DNA of 64,000 nt. It comes from Octopus vulgaris (lineage: Eukaryota). Under the pieces are notes generated by a model that was not told where the DNA came from, made no database searches, and saw only the letters and a program-made list of their open reading frames with translations. The stretch covers positions 38,688,001 through 38,752,000 of the forward strand of contig OX597816.1 in the NCBI GenBank assembly GCA_951406725.2, given 5' to 3'. A program made the position numbers and the translations under genes. This document shows, one piece after another, positions 39,901 through 50,741 of the stretch. The first letter of the stretch is position 1, and every line of letters starts with the position of its first letter.

Positions 39901-41647
39901 CATATATATATATATATATATATATCCATGTTCTTTTCTTTCTGTCTTAGTGTCGCTGAGATGGGAATTAATTTTGGAGGTGGGATTTTTACAGTCAAGA
40001 AGCCTTCCTCTCACAAATACTCACTTGCTTTTCAGGTAAGCATTTTTATTTATATTCCACAGGTGTTAAGTGCAGAGCAAGCTATTATGTCAGTGTGTCG
40101 ACATCAGTACTGCTTTGCTCCAAAAGTGACAAGCAAATTATCAACATTCATGCACTTTTCCCACCAGTATGCATGCATGCATGCATGTATGTATGTATTT
40201 ATGTATGTATGTATGTATTTATGTATGTATGTGTGTGTGTGTGTGCATATGTATGCATATATATATATATATCTACACATCAGATACATACACAATAGGC
40301 TTAACAGAGTTTCCATCAAATTCATTCACTGGGCATTGGTCAACAAGGGACAATAGTAGAAAACACTTGCCCAAGATGTGTGCCGTACAATAGGACTGAC
40401 CTCAAAACCACATGGTTGCAAAGTGAACTTCGAATGCACACAGATTTGCCTGTGCTGATATATATGATATAGGTGTACATATGTATATTACTGTGTGGGT
40501 GTGTATATATAACATCATCATCATCATCATTATTATTATTTAACATCCACTTTCTGAGCTGACATGGTTTGGATGGTTTAACAGGGAAATGGCAAGCTGC
40601 AGGGGCATGTCAAGTACCACTGTCATCTCTGGCATGGTTTCTAAGGCTGGATGCCATTCCTGATAACAACTACTTCACAGTGTGTACTGGGTGCTATTTT
40701 TGTACCATTGGCACTCGTAAAATTGTCATGTAATGTACAAGACAGAAAAGAATAATGAAAAAAAGGAGGGGCAAAAAAGGGTCACACTCATCATCATCAT
40801 CGTTTAGCGTCCGCTTTCCATGCTAGCATGGGTTGGACGGTTCAACTGGAGTCTGGGAAGCCAGAAGGCTGCACCAGGCCCAGTCTGATCTGGCAATGTT
40901 TCTACGGCTGGATGCCCTTCCTAATGCCAACCACTCTGTGAGTGTAGTGGGCGCTTTTTACGTGCCAGACGAGGCTGGCAAATGGCCACGATTGGATGGT
41001 GCTTTTTACGTGCCACTGGCACGGCGTGCCAAAAATATTTAAGAGTGGATGGTGGAGGTGGGTGGCTTTATGCCAGGTATAGAAAGACTAAAAGTTGGAC
41101 AGAGGGACAAGCAAAGGTGTCTTGCTATAGAGAAGATACATGGCTGAAGGAGAAAAAGGATTGTAGTGGTAGGATGCTGGAGCAAACTCTCAGTATATAT
41201 GCATATGCATGGACTGGATTGGACTGCCTATGTTCAGTCCACTGCCGGACGAAGGCCTCAGCATGTTCTCTCCAATCACGGTTTGATGTGGAAGCCATGA
41301 ATTTGAACTAGATATCATACTGGTTTGAGTTCATTCTGCCACACAGCTTCACATGGGTTGGCAGAGGGGTACCAATGGACATCTAGTTTTATAGATTTCG
41401 ACCCTGTTGACTTCATCCTGAGTTCAGTTACCATTTGAAGCTATTGCTAATGCTTTTCATGAGAACTAATGTCACACAGTTCCAATTCTCCATTCTGCCC
41501 ATCTTTATCTTGTGCCTATGTAAGAACTTGCTTCAATTTCATTTTCTTTCTCAATATCTTTGAAGAAATATGCTCCTTTTCTGGATAAATATTAAGATGG
41601 CCACTTGACCACTTTGTTAACATCAGAGATAATATATATACATCACT

Positions 41648-41870
41648 GCGAGCTGGCAGAAACGTTAGCACGCCGGGCGAAATGCGTAGCCGTATTTCAT
41701 CTGCCGTTACGTTCTGTGTTCAAATGCCGCCAAGGTCGACTTTGCCTTTCATCCTTTCGGGGTCGATTAAATAAGTACCAGTTACACACTGGGGTCGATG
41801 TAATCGACTTTCTCTTTGTCTGACCTTGTTTGTCCCCTCTATGTTTAGCCCCTTGTGGGTAGTAAAGAAA
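41648..41870 (+). mobile_element. tRNA-like SINE (family B)
   Basis: Matches 10178-10395. Confidence 0.85.
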
Positions 41871-42104
41871 TATATATACATCACTTTATGTCCACTAACA
41901 GTTGCAAGAATGGCAATGGCTACACACCGTAAACCAAGTGGTTTCAGGTTCATTCCCACTGCATAGTACTTTTGTGAGTGAAATTGTGTAATAGAAACTG
42001 TATGGAAGCCTGCCATATATATATGTGTATGTGTGTGTTTTTGTCTTTCCTATTTGTCTTGATGCAGTTTATGTACTGCTTAAAAATGATGTCAGTGTAT
42101 AGGC

Positions 42105-42323
42105 CAGTGCTTTTCAAACTTTTTGCTGGAGCGGAACCCCAGGGAAACATTCCACTGGCTCGAGGAACCCCTGTGCAATAATTTAATAGTCTTATGCACA
42201 CATATCTGCACAGAAGAATTAAAAATTACTGCCGATTTTAGCAGTTTTGTAACGTCTTGCGAAACCCATGGACTGTACTGGCGGAAACCTAAGGTTCCGC
42301 GGAACCCTGGCTGAAAACCACTG
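42105..42323. mobile_element. hAT MITE
   Basis: Inverted homologue of 38144-38362; perfect 8-bp TSD GTATAGGC. Confidence 0.92.
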
Positions 42324-42914
42324 GTATAGGCAGTCATTTGTGTCTGCTCTAAAGTTGGCAAGCTAGTAGAACAATAACTATACTGGATAAAATGCTTAGG
42401 AGCATTTCTTTCAGCTGTTTATAATTTGGAGATCAAAGATCAATTAGGTCAAATTTGCTTTTCATATTTTCAAGGTCAATAAAAAAGTACCAGCTGAGCA
42501 CTGGGGTCAATGTAATCAATTTCCCCCTCCCTTCAAAAGTTACTGGCCTTGTGCCAAAATTAGAAAGAATTTATGTTTGCTACAGAAATGTCTTCCTCCT
42601 ACCAACTTCACTAGTTTCCAAGCAAAGTAATATTTCCCCATGCCTCGACATATTTTCATGGAAGATTGGAAACAAACAACACTGCATGTATGACAGTGAC
42701 ATTTGTTTACAACTATCATGTGATGTCAAGACAAATAGACACAGATAATGACAGGCTTCTTTCAGTCTCCATCTGCTAAATTCACTCAGAAGAATTTGGT
42801 CAACCTGAGGAGATAGAAGACAGTTCCCCAAGATGCCATGCAGTCAGACTGGACCCAAAACTACCTGGTTGAGAAGCAGACTTCTTTACACAGCCATACC
42901 ATTATATATATATA

Positions 42915-43396
42915 TTTTTTTCAATGGCGGCCCATTTCCGCGGGGTTCCGCTATATCCCTTCTCTCTCTCTCTCTTTTACGCTGTCTGCCATCCCCCCTC
43001 TTCCTTTGCTAAGAGCATTTTTAAGCCAGCCCGTCATATTCCCGTGTCAGGCTGAAGAACGAAATGTTCCCAAGATAAGAAAGTCTTTCTAATCTAATGT
43101 TGTGGTTGAGCTGTTATTATTTATTTATTATTACTATCATTATTAGTATTGTCCCTTTGATCCTCGGTCGAAAATTTGCTTATTATTATTATTATTGTTG
43201 TTATTATTATTATTATTACTATTTTCAGCTTCGCCTCGTATTGCATATTATTTCTCCATACAGGGTTTTTTTTCAATGGCGGCCCATTTCCGCGGGGTTC
43301 CGCTATATCCCTTCTCTCTCTCTCTCTTTTACGCTGTCTGCCATCCCCCCTCTTCCTTTGCTAAGAGCATTTTTAAGCCAGCCCGTCATATTCCCG
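42915..43396 (+). repeat. About 130-bp direct repeat pair (42915-43044 and 43267-43396)
   Basis: Essentially identical GC-rich blocks tcaatggcggcccatttccgcgggg...catattcccg, about 350 bp apart. Confidence 0.9.
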
Positions 43397-43644
43397 GTGC
43401 ACCCGCCCTTGCCCACCCCCACCACCAATACCGGATATCTCTATATTTTTGCTCCATCTATACCGGATGTCGCTTCTCCCACCACCATTATAGGTGTCTA
43501 CTCTTCGAACCCCCTCTTCAATACGCTATTTCACCATGCATTACCCCTCTCTTGATATCCTACGTTCTACTTGCCTAGAACTTCTCATCATTTCTCTGAA
43601 CCACCCCTCCCCACTGGTGCTCCCCTATATTTCTGCCCCCCTCA

Positions 43645-43879
43645 AACAAAAAGCACCATCCGAACGTGGCCGATGCCAGACCCCTCTGGCACCTGTGCAG
43701 GTGGCACGTAAAAAACACCCACTACACTTGCGGAGTGGTTGGCGTTAGGAAGGGCATCCAGCTGTAGAAACACTGCCAGACTAGACTGGAGCCTGGGGCA
43801 GTCCCTAGCTCCCCAGACCCCGGTCGAAACCGTCCAACCCGTGCTAGCGCGGAAAACGGACGTTAAACGATGATGATGA

Positions 43880-43883
<4 letters not shown>
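43645..43883 (+). mobile_element. RTE LINE 3' end
   Basis: Conserved terminus with (gat)n running into (TA)n. Confidence 0.85.
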
Positions 43884-43922
<39 letters not shown>

Positions 43923-44545
43923 GGGAGTAAATCCAAACTTACAGGGAAAAATTAGATTTAGGATTAAATCTAATTTCACAGTATAAATATAACTAAATAA
44001 AAAAATAAAAAATTTATAAATATAAATTAATAATTTTAATTTTAAATTTAAATAATTAAAATTTTTAAATTTTATATATATTTTGTATATTATATTAATT
44101 ATTTTTATGTTTTGGTTTAAGTTTTTCATTGTTTGATTTGCCTAATAGTGGTTTTATCTCTAATTTAATTTATATATATATATGCACACAAACATAGGCA
44201 ATGCCTAAGTGAAATATATATTTATTGTATAGGTGTCTGTCTGTTAATTTTGTGAGGGCAAAGATCTGTGCCTGGAAACCCTTGTTTTGGTTTTTGGGCA
44301 AGACAGCATCTGCTGTGATTGTAGAGAACCACATATGAGTAACAGTCTTGGTTGCAGTAAATGCACACTTTGTCACTCTTGTCCTAGCTCCTAGTGCTAC
44401 TATGCTACCAAATCTGCTTTTCTCATCTTTTTAAACCTTTGTCTAGTTACAGCCTCCAGCAGGAGCAATCATCAGCAATATTCCCCCCAATTTTCAATGT
44501 TTATATAAAGAGATTTCATATCCCTCAGGCAGACATCTAAATAAA

Positions 44546-44638
<93 letters not shown>

Positions 44639-44745
44639 ATGCATGTACGTTGTCTTGCCTTGACATCACATCATACATATATGCATGTATATATATGTGT
44701 GTGTGTGTTTGTGTCTATATGCATATATATGTACATGTGTGTGTG

Positions 44746-44787
<42 letters not shown>

Positions 44788-45903
44788 TACATATATATAT
44801 ATATTCACACACACAAAAGCCCCCCACCACTCTTCTTAACATGTCCTCATATATCATTTAGTATGGATGTTGATTATGCATTACTCATGGATGCTCAGGA
44901 GTTGCAAGTCATTCTTTAGTGGAGGGGAAGGAGGATGCGCTGAAATTTCCCATCTTCTTCTACTCAGTTTGTCTGCTCCTGACCTACACAAATATAATAC
45001 CATTCTTTACAACACTGTGTCAGGCAGAGTTCTGGATTAATAATGGTGAAGAAATTTAGGAAGGCCTTGAGAATGTCTTAGTTGTGTTTGCACCATCACA
45101 CATCAGCTGAATGTATCCCCAATTATCAATTCGCTGAAGAAGAAGAAGCATTCGAGAAATGTCATTTGTCCTCCATTCTTGCAATGTGACCAGACAAGTG
45201 CAACTTAGCCCAGCACAGGGAAGTATGGCTACCAGGCAACACTACACAACCAAGGACTTGGGCAACTCATGTGGAATTTATTAAGCTTCTTGGCATACCT
45301 ACTATAAACAATGTATATCTCATTGACATACTGCAAAGTTGGCAGAACAACAATTCTGTAGATCTTCAACATGGTTTCAGTTTTGAAGCTGAGGCCTTTT
45401 TCTTACTCAAAGTCTAGTGAAAGCATTTCTAAGTTTGGTAGTTCTACTGCTGACTTTGTTGTCAATGTAGAGGATTCATGAAATGCTGTTGGCAAGGTAT
45501 GTGGACCTGTAAATGGCCAGTATAATCTGATCCCTGACCATGATGGCAGGTATCACATACTCCTTTTGATTGCAGTCAGAAGAGAGCCTGTTCCTTAACT
45601 GCTGCATCTCAAACACTGAATCTAGACTGAGAGAACAGTTATCTGCTAACAGAAATTGGCACTCCACTTCCTTCTTCACCATGGTTTCAGCTTGGAATTT
45701 TTTAAAGCTGAAAAACTTACCATCAATACAACAATGGATGATGAAGGTATCAGTCAATATGATAGAAAACATCATAGTGGAAACATGTGCCGATGCACAA
45801 CTGTTTTGCAAAGCTTGTGATTTGGAATACTGCCACTGGCTCTTTATCCTTGATTACCCCAGCAAGCAAGCCCTTATAGAATGAGCATAACATAGAAAAT
45901 AAA

Positions 45904-46343
45904 TTGTTATCGCCATATTAATATGGCATTCTTATAGATATAAGAATAATCGCTGCCGCTGGTCAGCTCCATGAGGCCACCGCCATCAAGATAGCTATTG
46001 ATACACGATCTGTATCCATTATAACCTTCGAACAAGGGAGGTCAGTGGCGACACCTGCGGGTCTGACTGCGCTACATTTACAAGGGGCAATACCCCGAAA
46101 CGCGTCTGTAGCTGTCGGACTGGCAGTGTGAAGCGGCTGACCTCCCTTGTTCGAAGGTTATAATGGATACAGATCGTGTATCAATAGCTATCTTGATGGT
46201 GGTGGCCTCATGGAGCTGACCAGCGGCAGCGATTATTCTTATATCTATAAGAATGCCATATTAATATGGCGATAACAATTAATTTCCAGTAAACGCTGCC
46301 GTAATCTCTTTTATAGAGACTTAGTAATTTTAATATTTCTATT
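45904..46343 (+). mobile_element. Young fold-back Penelope-like element with variant hammerhead
   Basis: 144-bp inverted arms (45902-46045 / 46137-46280, one mismatch seen); 12-bp TSD ATAGAAAATAAA at 45892-45903 and 46344-46355. Confidence 0.75.
46061..46120 (+). ncRNA. Variant minimal hammerhead fold (core TTTACAA)
   Basis: gctaca TTTACAA gggg caata cccc GAAA cgcg TC tgtagc; stem I extended by gtctgac/gtcggac. Confidence 0.65.
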
Positions 46344-47638
46344 ATAGAAAATAAACTTGACAGGAAATCTGCACAGAGCCACAATGCAATTGACAGTATC
46401 AAAATACCTCTGTAAGTCTGCAAAAAGTTATAGAGAGCTTATGTTGGTGTTTCTAAAACTTCTGAAGTTAGCATAGTCCAAATCACATGTCCACTGTATC
46501 ATGATCTTTTCTAAAGCCATGCAGGCTCACAGAAAGAAGGTTCTATTCATGATAGGCAATCAGGTGGTTGAACCCTAACCCTAACCCAGTGATTGACAGC
46601 AAGAAAAAGCCCTTTTCTTTTCTTGTTGAAGAGTTGGACTAATGAGACATCCTTGAACTCCAGTGAAATGTCCTCCTGGCACCACACTTTGTGGAAGAAT
46701 CCAGTAAGCCTTGAGATAAGGTGAGGACCACACTTCCAGTACATTTCAGCTAAATTGGTTATCACTTCCAGAGAACTTATCAATGGCTAGATCACTCTCA
46801 ACTTCCTTGATCCCATAAGCTAAAATATACTTAAACACATACACACCAAAACATAAAGTAAAAATCAAATGAATGTCCTTTGGTTTCAATGATGAGCATT
46901 GCAGGAATTCAATCAACTGAAGTACCTCATAAATTAATTATAGTGTAAGTGGATGAATATTCCAAAAACATTTATATTCCTAATGTAATCTTCAGGTAGA
47001 ATCAGCCTAAGAGAATGTGACAAGGCTGTTCTTTTGAATTACGAGGTACTCTATTTGATGGGCTTTCACATGTTCCATCAACTCAATTTCACACATATGG
47101 TTTGAATCAGACTGTGAATGTCATAGTACCAAATCGGAGACTTCATGAATGTGAAGTGAGCCTAACCAGGGAGTGATGCCTGAATTCATACATGCACACG
47201 CATATACTAGTAAGATATGTACGAACATAATTTCTTTTATTTTTTCATTTTTTGCTTTTGCAACACAGCTCGCATTGTACCTCACGATTTCGATACCTTC
47301 CAATAATATCGCTCCCTCGAGAGGGAACGAGCAGCATTGATCCTAAAAGGGGATGTCTTGGTTCTTATTGTTTTCTTGTTTCTGTTATCTTTGAAGACAC
47401 ACAGAAAGCTTCTTGAAACTCCGAGTTTCACATCATTAATTATTCAAATGAACTGTTTCGGTAACTAGAGACATTAAACTCGGAGTGTATACTTCAAGAA
47501 GCTTCAACTTCTAAAATATACACTTTTCTTCATGTACTGAGTGCTTTTTTTACTCGTTTGTAAACAAACTTTCACTGACTCTACAAAAATAATATATATT
47601 ATTAATCTTTGAATACTCTTTTTTTTTTTTCTGGCAGT

Positions 47639-47681
<43 letters not shown>

Positions 47682-47684
<3 letters not shown>

Positions 47685-47876
47685 GGTCCCGGGTTGAGTC
47701 GGGGTTAACCACAGTAAATAAGGTACTCAATACATAGCAGAGTAAATTAATTTATTTTATAGAAGGAGATTCTACAGGACTAGAACTGTTTCATTCAAAA
47801 GAAATCATCAGGAAGCCTGATGTTTTCTTTTGAATGAAACAGTTCTAGTCCTGTAGAAGCTCCTTCTATAAAATAA

Positions 47877-47882
<6 letters not shown>
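47682..47882 (-). mobile_element. Fold-back element within (TA)n
   Basis: 64-bp inverted arms 47749-47812 / 47816-47879 with a 3-nt loop and two mismatches. Confidence 0.7.
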
Positions 47883-47919
<37 letters not shown>

Positions 47920-49104
47920 TGTGTTGGAAAACGGTAACGTGAAACTCGGAGTAAACTAATGTTGAAAACTCCCAACATTGACGATATATGCGAGTGATTG
48001 CATACATATACATATATACACATACACACAGATGTGTGCATACGCACACACACGCGTGTGTGTGTGTGTGTGCACCATAACCACAGTTGCTTCCCTTGGA
48101 AGAACTGTCTATAAGAACGAAATCAACTTGAATCCCTTTAGAGTCGCATTTGACTCGGGCAGGTAATAGGGTAGGATTACATAAAATATTTGTTAATCTG
48201 ATGACATGTCATGCAGCTATAATTACACGACTCATCAAAAGCAGGATGACATTATAATGTTGCGATGTTTAAACAGAGATATCCAATTAAAGTTAATAGA
48301 GTATATACATAGAAAGTGACGAAGGTGTAAATGATTGCATCTGTGCGTCAATATATAAATATATTTTTATACATAAATATATATATATATACGTATGTTG
48401 AAGTACTCACTGCTAAAGTGTTGCGGCTTCAGTTGTTTTCTTCTGGACATTTTCTAAAGCTACTGGGACGGTTTTTGCTGTACGTGTCCACAACACTTAA
48501 CTATTTTTAAAATTGTATTCATCAATGTAGCAACAGGCGGCCCGGTGGAGACCCAAAAAACAACACTAAAAACACGAGGAGTGGGCCAATTTGCCTCCTT
48601 CCCTTTCCTTTGTCGTCCATATTGAACACAGTACTATGGGATAGACTCTCTCTTTCTCACTCCTCCTATAACTTCTCTTTTGTTTTCCTTTCTATTTCTC
48701 TTTTTTCCTCCTCTGCCTACTACACACATTATTTCTCTTTATTACTATTACTCTTTCTCTTTTCTTCCTTTCTAATCTCCTTGTCTTACTTTTACTCTTT
48801 CTCTTTTCTTCGTTTCTTCCTCTCTCTCTTTTTCTTTCTACCTTTCTTCTCTCTCTCTTTTCCTATCTATCTTTCCTCTTTTTAATCTCTTTTTTCCCCC
48901 TTAATTTCTGCATATCTCACCTTCACTCTTATTATCGTTCGTTACACTCATATTCTCCAATATTTTTACAATTCATCTTTTGACTTCCTGTTATTTTAAT
49001 TAATATAGTGCTGTTTATATATATATATATATATATAATATATTATAGTGGGGTAGGCCGGTTTACGGGGTTACTCTGGGGTTTCTCGCTCATAAGGAGC
49101 TTAT

Positions 49105-49156
<52 letters not shown>

Positions 49157-49696
49157 CATATCTACACAACTGTGCACTCATCTGATTTTGTTTCCTCATA
49201 ACTTGAAGGAAGATGGCTATTTTTTATGAAATTTTCCACAAATACCTTTCAGATAGTGTAGATTCGATTATATCGGAATTTGTTAAGTAAAAAAAAAAAA
49301 AAAATGGTCGGTGCGTACTTATGTCTCCTGACACATATCACGTAATTTCTTTTTTCTAATTTCAACTTTCATTTTGTAATATATACGTGTGTGTATGTTA
49401 GTAGGTATATGTGCGGTCCCCACCTTTTTTTTTATTATTATTCCAGATTAAATTCCGATCTTACTGCAATGTGCACCACCTAAAAAGCACTTACAGGAAA
49501 TTTCATTAAAAACGCTCATTTTTTCTAAAAGTTATGAGGAAACAAAATCGGGAGAGGACACACTTGAGGAGGCATGCTTATGTACATTGCCGTCTCAAGG
49601 CATGGACGGACCGAGCAGTTGCCCAGTGACTCCATGGGTCAAGGGTCCAAATTTTATGCTGTTGTCTGCTGTCAATAAATGCGGTAGGGCCTAGTG

Positions 49697-49875
49697 CAGT
49701 GGTTTTCAACCAGGGTTCCGCAAGAAGTTACAAAACTGCTAAAATCGGCAGTAATTTTTAATTCTCCTGTGCAGATATGTGTGCATAAGACTATTAAATT
49801 ATTGCACAGGGGTTCCTCGAGCCAGTGTAATGTTGCCTTGGGGTTCCGCTCCAGCAAAAGGTTTGAAAAGCACTG
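49697..49875. mobile_element. hAT MITE (internally deleted copy)
   Basis: Same family as 38144-38362; TSD gcctagtg/gcctaatg. Confidence 0.88.
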
Positions 49876-49926
49876 GCCTAATGCATAAACTTGCTAGGGG
49901 GTCCATAATACAATTAAGAAGGTTTT

Positions 49927-49963
<37 letters not shown>

Positions 49964-50379
49964 GTATATATATGCGTGTGTTTGTGTATTAATATTTAGC
50001 AGAAGCAAGTTTCTCAAGGTCCGAGAATTTCGTGTGTTAGCACTTCGTAACGCACGAAACTCTCGGATCTTGAGTCACTTTGTTGTTTCTGCTAAATATT
50101 AGTAAAAACATGCATATACTCATATTTTGAGTTCTATTTTTCCTATTTGCATCACCATAACTATACTCATACACATACATATATATATGTATTTATGCTT
50201 TTTTTTTCCCCCTATATACATTCATCATTTATTTATTAAATTGGAAATTGTGAGAATTATAAAGTAATTCACAGCAAAAATTGGTTTTCTGAATTTAAAC
50301 CTCCTGGCTAATCTTTACATTTAATTTTATTTACTTTGTCATAACACTGGGAGGAAGAAAACTGTTGATAAGAAAAAGA

Positions 50380-50706
50380 AAGTAGAGACCTTTAGAAAAC
50401 TTAACTTGCGTAATAACAGCGGAAACTGGTTCGAAAGTGTGCTGCAAAACAACAACAAGCCGAAAATTTATAAAATGTATTACTAATTTTTAGTAAAAAT
50501 CCACAACTGTTAATAACTGAACCACCAAAAATGAATTGTAGTGTTTATAAATATAAAATATAGGTATGTTGTAGAATGGTAGTTTTACGATAGCTGAACT
50601 TCATTCTCACTGTTGACATTAATCCAATTTCACGTCATTCCGTTAGGTTTTAGACGGCGAGTTGTTGTCCACACTTAATTGAACTATTATTGCTGCTCGT
50701 GTCATT
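50380..50706 (+). promoter_or_regulatory. Candidate promoter and 5' UTR
   Basis: Transposon-poor, CpG-retaining block with ETS-like gcggaa and CRE-like cacgtca motifs upstream of an ATG and splice donor. Confidence 0.4.
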
Positions 50707-50741
50707 ATGATGTCGACAGGAGATTCAAATTCTATACCCGG
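50707..50741 (+). CDS. Candidate first coding exon MMSTGDSNSIP(G) of an unidentified gene
   Basis: ATGATGTCGACAGGAGATTCAAATTCTATACCCGG|GTAATT followed by T-rich intron-like sequence. Confidence 0.45.

Larger units (their letters stand above)
44930..46800 (-). mobile_element. Old RTE-type LINE RT remnants (interrupted)
   Basis: Decayed motifs such as DISLEFKDVSLVQLFNKKRKG resembling the RTE IPQDFKDA.IV.LYK.KG region. Confidence 0.55.

Noticed and set aside
46571-46587. Telomere-like (CCCTAA)n
   Set aside because: Fewer than three units; insufficient to call an interstitial telomere
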